A stretch of DNA of 64,000 nt from Sphaerochaetaceae bacterium (lineage in GTDB: Bacteria; Spirochaetota; Spirochaetia; Sphaerochaetales; Sphaerochaetaceae). How positions within the stretch are numbered: position 1 is the stretch's first letter; each line of letters starts with the position of its first letter. The position numbers and the translations under genes are program-made. The notes beneath the pieces are model-generated. The model did not search any database. It was not told the origin of the DNA and saw only the letters and a list, made by a program, of their open reading frames with translations. Where the stretch lies: positions 379 to 64,378 of the forward strand of contig JAFGUP010000029.1 in the NCBI GenBank assembly GCA_016938475.1. The letters are read 5' to 3'. Below, piece after piece: positions 58,717-64,000 of the stretch.

Positions 58717-58953
58717 TCAGGAAGAATATTTCTTGAGGAACTCCCTGAGAGCAAAGCGGATACCGGCAGCCCACCCCAGCCCCATATCCTGAAACATCCC
58801 TTCGAGTTCCTTCTTGAAAGAGGGTTCAATAGAGAACGTGGTAAGAATCTTTTTCTCCTTCTGACTTGTTTTCGCCCCCTGAAACACATTCTCCGCCTTC
58901 TTGACCGTATCAAATGATATATCTGTCGGTCCCTCTTTCTTTTTAAGCGCCAT
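58717..58953 (-). CDS. Small ribbon-helix-helix (ParG/CopG-like) protein downstream of ParA
   Basis: Lys-rich N-terminal tail. Predicted strand-helix-helix ILTTFSI-PSFKKELEGMFQDMG-WAAGIRFALREFLKKY. The ATG lies 2 nt after the ParA TGA. Confidence 0.55.
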   Translation of the reverse strand: MALKKKEGPTDISFDTVKKAENVFQGAKTSQKEKKILTTFSIEPSFKKELEGMFQDMGLGWAAGIRFALREFLKKYSS

Positions 58954-58955
58954 CC

Positions 58956-59717
58956 TCAACTCCAGATCTCACCTGCGATCTCATGTATCGCATGTTTCGT
59001 TGTCGTTTTCAGTCCTTTGCCCCTTTCCGAATACATCTGGGGAGGAAGGTGATGTTCCTGAGATTTTCTGAATACCGGATCAACAGGTAGGCGGTACATG
59101 GTGTAAGGACCTGATACCGCAACACGCCACATGTCTTTGTGTTGCGTGATCCTGCCATCAAATCCATTAATAATCACCCGCTTGTGCAAGGCTCTTGTGG
59201 TAAAATTTCTACGCAGCTTTTCCAGTTCATATATGAAGATCTCAAGTCCGTCAAGACTGAAAATTTCGGGCGTCATAGGTGTTATCACCTCATCGCTTGC
59301 AATAAGAGCAGATCGTTCTAGATTTCCCAGGCCAGGAGAAAGATCAAGTATGATCCGATCGAATCTCTGAGACAACTGCAACACCATCTCATGAATGATG
59401 TACGGTTCATGTTGAATCGACTGTTCCCCATACTCCTTCAGTTCACCACCAATTCCGAAAGAAGGAAGGATATACAGATTCTCAATAGTATCAACGGTTT
59501 TGACAGCATCCCATACAAAACAGGTTCCCCGTAGGACATCAGCCACCTCATACATTGCTGAACCGGTATAAAACCATGAGGAGGTATTTCCCTGCGGATC
59601 AAGATCAACAAGGAGAGTTGATACTCCACTCATGGCAGACTCACATGCAACCGCTCCGGCAATGGTGGTTTTACCCACTCCTCCCTTCTGCAAGTGGAAT
59701 GAAATAGTCTTATGCAT
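58956..59717 (-). CDS. parA: ParA/Soj-family (deviant Walker A) ATPase
   Basis: QKGGVGKTT, LLVDLDPQGN and IILDLSPG motifs. Confidence 0.88.
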   Translation of the reverse strand: MHKTISFHLQKGGVGKTTIAGAVACESAMSGVSTLLVDLDPQGNTSSWFYTGSAMYEVADVLRGTCFVWDAVKTVDTIENLYILPSFGIGGELKEYGEQSIQHEPYIIHEMVLQLSQRFDRIILDLSPGLGNLERSALIASDEVITPMTPEIFSLDGLEIFIYELEKLRRNFTTRALHKRVIINGFDGRITQHKDMWRVAVSGPYTMYRLPVDPVFRKSQEHHLPPQMYSERGKGLKTTTKHAIHEIAGEIWS

Positions 59718-59778
59718 ACTATTGAACCTTTATCAGATAATTATAGGAACAGCCACCTGATAAATCAAGTCGCGATTT

Positions 59779-59792
59779 GAGTGAATTCACTC
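59779..59792. promoter_or_regulatory. Perfect 14-bp palindrome GAGTGAATTCACTC upstream of parA (candidate operator)
   Basis: Self-complementary 14-mer 62-75 nt upstream of the parA start codon. Confidence 0.35.
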
Positions 59793-60197
59793 GAGCCTGT
59801 CAGTGCACCTCACTATGCGTTAACAGATATCTAGCAGTCATGATTTTTTATATATATCTTTATAAGTTTCTATACAAGTAGATGACGCACACACACACAG
59901 TGCTGGGAAGCATCGCATAGGAAAAATCATTCATACATATCAGAATTATTGCATATCGATAGATTTTTCTGATTAATTCTTATAGATCACATGAGGTTAT
60001 ACTACAGTATCTGTAAGAAATACCGTATAAACTGTATTACATATATACAGGTCACACAGTATTACCGCACAGAGGATTTCCAGACAAAGAATCCTTGTTG
60101 GTGACTGATCGAAAAGGCATTACTCTCTTCCTGAAACCGACAGGACAGGAACAATCCATTCTTTCTACATCAATAAAAATATCACAGGTAAAAAAGA

Positions 60198-60225
60198 TTG
60201 ACAGATCCTTACATCTTTCTATATC
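60198..60225 (+). promoter_or_regulatory. Sigma70-like promoter for asnA
   Basis: TTGACA (60198-60203), 16-nt spacer, TATATC (60220-60225). Confidence 0.45.
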
Positions 60226-60300
60226 GTTACTAAAACCTTTTCAGCCGTTTCATGAAGTCAGTAAGACGGTTTCGAAGGAAGCAGCAAGGAGAATACAGAC

Positions 60301-61335
60301 ATGAGCACACAATTTCCAGACGGATACACTCCATTCATGGATGCGCGGCACACCGAAAGAGCAGTCAAGTATGTGAAGGACACCTTCGAAAGAGAGCTGA
60401 GTGGAGAACTGTACCTATCACGAGTCACTTCCCCCCTATTCGTTGCGAAAGGATCAGGTATCAATGACGATCTCAATGGTATCGAACGTCCTGTCAGTTT
60501 TGAGGTGATGAACCTCGATAATAGAAAGATGGAGATCGTACACTCGCTTGCCAAATGGAAGAGAATGGCTCTTGCTGATTATTCGTTCGAGAAAGGGACA
60601 GGGCTCTACACCGACATGAATGCAATCAGACCTGATGACGATCTGGATCAGATCCACTCGATCTATGTAGACCAGTGGGACTGGGAACTGGCGATGCCGG
60701 ACGATTCGCGTACCCTTGATTATCTGAAATACATCGTAGAAAAGATCTATGGGGCTCTTAAGAGGACCGAATTCCTAATCGGCGAGATGTTTCCTCAGTG
60801 TCCTCCATACCTTCCTGAAAGCATCACTTTCATCCACTCGGAAGATGCTCTCAAGCGGTATCCTGATCTGAAACCTGCTGAACGGGAGAAGGCTCTTGCA
60901 GAGGAATACGGTGCGATTTTCATCATCGGTATCGGCAAGGTTCTGGAAGATGGTGTAGTCCACGGGGGAAGAGCACCTGACTATGATGACTGGTCAACTC
61001 CCACTTCAGATTCGACCTACGGGCTCAATGGTGATATCATTGTATGGGACAGAGTCCGTCAGGATTCTCTCGAGCTCTCTTCAATGGGCATACGTGTTGA
61101 TGAGGAGTCTCTGCTGCGTCAGCTTGCGATAACGGGAAAAGAGGAACGAAAAGACCTGTACTGGCACAAGCGTCTGCTTGATGGACAGTTCCCTCAGAGT
61201 GTCGGAGGCGGTATAGGGCAGTCACGTATCTGCATGTTCCTTCTCAAGAAGGCACATATCGGTGAGGTGCAGGCTTCAGTATGGCCTGATGCTGTCCATG
61301 ACGAGGCAGCCGAACACGATGTGACTCTTCTGTAA
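60301..61335 (+). CDS. asnA: Aspartate--ammonia ligase (asparagine synthetase A)
   Basis: GINDDLNG...RPVSF, and C-terminal GGGIGQSRICMFLLKKAHIGEVQASVW as in AsnA. Confidence 0.92.
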   Translation: MSTQFPDGYTPFMDARHTERAVKYVKDTFERELSGELYLSRVTSPLFVAKGSGINDDLNGIERPVSFEVMNLDNRKMEIVHSLAKWKRMALADYSFEKGTGLYTDMNAIRPDDDLDQIHSIYVDQWDWELAMPDDSRTLDYLKYIVEKIYGALKRTEFLIGEMFPQCPPYLPESITFIHSEDALKRYPDLKPAEREKALAEEYGAIFIIGIGKVLEDGVVHGGRAPDYDDWSTPTSDSTYGLNGDIIVWDRVRQDSLELSSMGIRVDEESLLRQLAITGKEERKDLYWHKRLLDGQFPQSVGGGIGQSRICMFLLKKAHIGEVQASVWPDAVHDEAAEHDVTLL

Positions 61336-61355
61336 CATGATTGGAGGAATGGCTT

Positions 61356-62276
61356 ATGGCACTGTTCAATTTCGGTTCCACTAACATTGATATCATCTTC
61401 AAGGTCGATCACATAGTTCGACCTGGAGAAACTATACCATCTTCATCTCTCGAGAGAAGTGTCGGAGGGAAGGGAGCCAATCAGTCTGTCGGGGCTTCCT
61501 ATGCCGGAGGAGAACGCGTATTTCATGTAGGGAAGATAGGCGAAGACGGAAGATTCATCGTTCCTCTGCTTGCAGAAAAAGGGGTTGATGTAACCTTCCT
61601 TCACGAGACTGAGACTCCGACCGGACAAGCCTTGATTCAGGTCTCCAAGGAGGGGCAGAACTCCATTGTGCTCTATGGTGGAGGGAATCAGACATTCACG
61701 GAAGAGGATGTCGATAACGTTCTGTCACACACTGTAGCTGGAGACTGGGTACTCCTTCAGAATGAGATCAACCTGAATCACTATGTGATTGAACAGAGCA
61801 GAAAGCAAAATCTGAAGATCTGCTTTAATCCCGCACCCTACAGTGAAGGGGTGAAGGACCTTCCTCTTCATCTGCTTGATATCCTCGTACTCAATGAGAC
61901 TGAAGCTGAAGGATTAAGCGGTGTGGCTGACCCTTCAGCTTCTCTTACGAGCCTGAGTGCGATGTATCCTGACACAGAAATTCTCATCACCCTCGGAAAA
62001 GATGGTGTGATGCATATGAAAGGATCGGGAGAGGTTACCACCTGCGGTGTGTGGGATGTACCGGTAGCCGATACCACTGCCGCAGGCGATACTTTCATAG
62101 GCTGTTATGTCGCCAACAGAAGCAGAAACGTGCCCGTCAGGGAATCTCTGATGCGAGCCAGCATGGCAAGCAACATCACTGTCATGAGAGAAGGTGCTCT
62201 TCCTTCCATACCACGACCTGAAGAGTTTACTCTCCTTGATGACTTCCCCTACCGGGACCTTCTTCTCAGTACCTAG
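61356..62276 (+). CDS. rbsK: Ribokinase / PfkB-family sugar kinase
   Basis: GSTNIDI, GGKGANQ and DTTAAGDTF motifs. The ATG at 61356 has a GGAGG RBS. Confidence 0.75.
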   Translation: MALFNFGSTNIDIIFKVDHIVRPGETIPSSSLERSVGGKGANQSVGASYAGGERVFHVGKIGEDGRFIVPLLAEKGVDVTFLHETETPTGQALIQVSKEGQNSIVLYGGGNQTFTEEDVDNVLSHTVAGDWVLLQNEINLNHYVIEQSRKQNLKICFNPAPYSEGVKDLPLHLLDILVLNETEAEGLSGVADPSASLTSLSAMYPDTEILITLGKDGVMHMKGSGEVTTCGVWDVPVADTTAAGDTFIGCYVANRSRNVPVRESLMRASMASNITVMREGALPSIPRPEEFTLLDDFPYRDLLLST

Positions 62277-63217
62277 AGTACGGATCCCACTTCGCTGCGG
62301 AGAGGGGGATTCGCCCCCTTGCGGCTTGTTGTAACGGCAGCAGCCTGAACAGCAAACTCCAGCATCTCGGTAATCTGTGCATCACTGAGATCCCTGGTCT
62401 TAACAATTCCATGTTCACTGAGAAAAGTAAGCACTGCACCGCTGACCGTATCTCCGGCACCTACAGTGTCGACAATAGGATTGTCGATAGCCGGCACATT
62501 GATACTCCTGCCCTGCTGGTCGATCCACCTGAGTCCATCCTTACCAAGTGTCAGGATGATTGCCTGCGTATTTCCCTGCATGAGTGAATTCAATCCGTCG
62601 GTGACAGAAAGGTCGGGGTACAGGAACGCCAGATCCTCATGCGACAGTTTGATAATGGAGGACAGAGAGGCGAGATCCTTCATTCGTTCATGGTATCTGT
62701 CAAAATCCTCGACAACTGTAGGCCGCACATTCGGATCAAAGAAGATGAAAGGACGGTTCATAATACTCTTCAAAGCATTCCTGATATGTTCCCCGCTTGT
62801 TTCCAATGCGACTGATACAGAACCTATGAGAATATAATCGAGGTTTTCAGCCTCCTCTATTGTCTTCACAATCTCAGCTGCACTGAAGGAAGTGACACTC
62901 GTATCAGAGGTATAGAATACATAGGAAGCAGCTCCGGTTTCGTCAATCTTGGCAAACCCTATCATCGAGTTTTGCGGCACATCCACCAACTCCTGGCGAA
63001 ACATGACATTGTTTGACCTGAAGTACTCCTTCATCTTCTGCCCGAACATATCCTGAGACAGTTTCCCCAAAAAGAGGGCATCACTTCCCAGACGACTTGC
63101 TGCCGTAGCCGCATTCAGTGTGGACCCGCCGGCATAGTAATGGAACAGTGGGTCGGAACCCGCATCCTCTTCTCTCGATATAAAATCAATCAGTGCTTCT
63201 CCGAGAAAACCTATCAT
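62273..63217 (-). CDS. PfkB-family carbohydrate kinase (fructokinase-like)
   Basis: GEALIDF, GGSTLNAA and DTVGAGDT motifs. 4-nt convergent overlap with rbsK. Confidence 0.75.
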   Translation of the reverse strand: MIGFLGEALIDFISREEDAGSDPLFHYYAGGSTLNAATAASRLGSDALFLGKLSQDMFGQKMKEYFRSNNVMFRQELVDVPQNSMIGFAKIDETGAASYVFYTSDTSVTSFSAAEIVKTIEEAENLDYILIGSVSVALETSGEHIRNALKSIMNRPFIFFDPNVRPTVVEDFDRYHERMKDLASLSSIIKLSHEDLAFLYPDLSVTDGLNSLMQGNTQAIILTLGKDGLRWIDQQGRSINVPAIDNPIVDTVGAGDTVSGAVLTFLSEHGIVKTRDLSDAQITEMLEFAVQAAAVTTSRKGANPPLRSEVGSVL

Positions 63218-63234
63218 ACATTGACTCCTTTCTG

Positions 63235-63999
63235 TTATAAATACTGTTTGTAGTCCTGTCCTAGTATTCTAGCATACAATTCGATATATGGCTTGATAGG
63301 CGACATGTTGATCTTGGGAATGAGGACCTCCTCAACCTGGAAGTAGCCTACTTCACTTGTCATGTCGACTTCGATCGCAACTGCCTTCTTCTTACCCTGA
63401 ACGATTCTCACTTTCTCGATAGCGTTTGATGAGTACTTGTGGATGTCTCCGACTTTGGCACCATGAGAAAGAGCTAGGGGGATTCTCGCACGCCCCTTCT
63501 CCATATCACAGCCATCTGCGAGCAGAATGACACCTGATTCTACAGAATGAATCTTCCGGTTTGCCATATGCCCTACAATCCCTTCAATGGCAACCGAGCG
63601 GACAACAACCTGTTTGTACATGGCATCAGGGTATACGGTAGCGAGGAATCTATTGATCAGAGGCATTGCCAATGTCGAACTCATCAGTTCATGATCCTCC
63701 CGTCCCACAGCCATCCCCAGGTCATGAAGAAATGAAGAGAGAAGGATAGCAGCCATAGAATCATCTGCGGTTCCCACCTGGTCCTGCTCGATGCTGCCTA
63801 TGATACCGTTCTCTCTTAAAAGGTGGAAAAGCTTGATGGCATTGATGGTCACCTGTCGCATGTGCACGGGCCCATGGTCATTGAATCCAAGACGCACGAT
63901 GCTTACGCTGTTCGCATACTCCTGCATCAGATGCACCTCTTCATCTTCCACAAGCATTCTGAGCAGCCTGCCTGCAACACTCTGTTCATCGAGAAGGGA
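63235..63999 (-). CDS. HD-domain metal-dependent phosphohydrolase (possibly 5'-partial)
   Basis: HGPVH...FLHDLG HD signature. The frame stays open from the ATG at 63957 to the window edge, so the true start may lie outside the window. Confidence 0.6.
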   Translation of the reverse strand, partial: SLLDEQSVAGRLLRMLVEDEEVHLMQEYANSVSIVRLGFNDHGPVHMRQVTINAIKLFHLLRENGIIGSIEQDQVGTADDSMAAILLSSFLHDLGMAVGREDHELMSSTLAMPLINRFLATVYPDAMYKQVVVRSVAIEGIVGHMANRKIHSVESGVILLADGCDMEKGRARIPLALSHGAKVGDIHKYSSNAIEKVRIVQGKKKAVAIEVDMTSEVGYFQVEEVLIPKINMSPIKPYIELYARILGQDYKQYL

Positions 64000-64000
64000 A

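Noticed and set aside
59888-59899. (CA)6 microsatellite
   Set aside because: It is too short to be a convincing phase-variation tract and is not positioned within a promoter spacer or coding region.
60095-60304. 69-aa ORF just upstream of asnA
   Set aside because: It starts with an alternative codon and has no RBS. It spans the predicted asnA promoter and leader.
1-64000. CRISPR arrays, tRNA/rRNA genes, intact IS/transposase/integrase genes, retron/DGR-like reverse transcriptases, and known defence-system signatures
   Set aside because: I scanned the intergenic regions and the ORF track. There are no regularly spaced repeats, no cloverleaf-like or rRNA-like segments, and no ORF with transposase, integrase, RT, Cas or typical defence-nuclease motifs. 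The only mobile-element trace is the decayed islet at 52066-53399.

Overview
The window is a largely housekeeping bacterial chromosome segment with about 60 protein genes, tightly packed and often with 1-4 nt overlaps. Gene content and order suggest a Spirochaetota-like organism, held at low confidence: tandem EF-G paralogues, an XPB/Ssl2-type helicase, rpsF-ssb-rpsR-DUF2232-rplI-dnaB, and rpsB-tsf-frr-uppS-cdsA-dxr-rseP. I found no rRNA, tRNA, CRISPR array, intact transposase/integrase or recognisable defence system. Main blocks: fusA plus an EF-G paralogue; trmB-mfd; a possible ACT-like protein/THEP1-like NTPase/YhhQ operon; nrdR; dGTPase; aroK-aroC-[XPB helicase + 630-aa partner] converging on aroDE; ABC-F-maf; the rpsB...rseP cluster; the rpsF...dnaB cluster; murD/femAB/metG; hflKC; fur; argG; gltA/acn; an amino-acid ABC transporter; a decayed islet of about 1.3 kb; hlyIII; rsmB-like; DUF362; uvrD; a ParA-RHH pair; asnA; and sugar kinases. 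Items most worth a second look: (1) the XPB helicase is translationally coupled to an uncharacterised partner. By eye, that partner carries a copy of the XPB N-terminal module, so it could be a p52/Bax1-style cofactor. The pair is embedded in shikimate-pathway genes. (2) A 28-codon, extremely basic micro-ORF with its own promoter and RBS sits upstream of rpsF. It falls below the ORF-track cutoff and resembles ribosomal protein bS22. (3) An orphan type-Ib-like ParA plus ParG-like RHH pair lies next to a 0.5-kb AT-rich gene-free spacer. (4) A pseudogene islet flanked by a 10-bp direct repeat holds a phage-type SNF2 helicase remnant and a disrupted Cys-rich gene. None of these can be shown to be novel from sequence alone. 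No homology search was run; all family calls rest on motifs read by eye.
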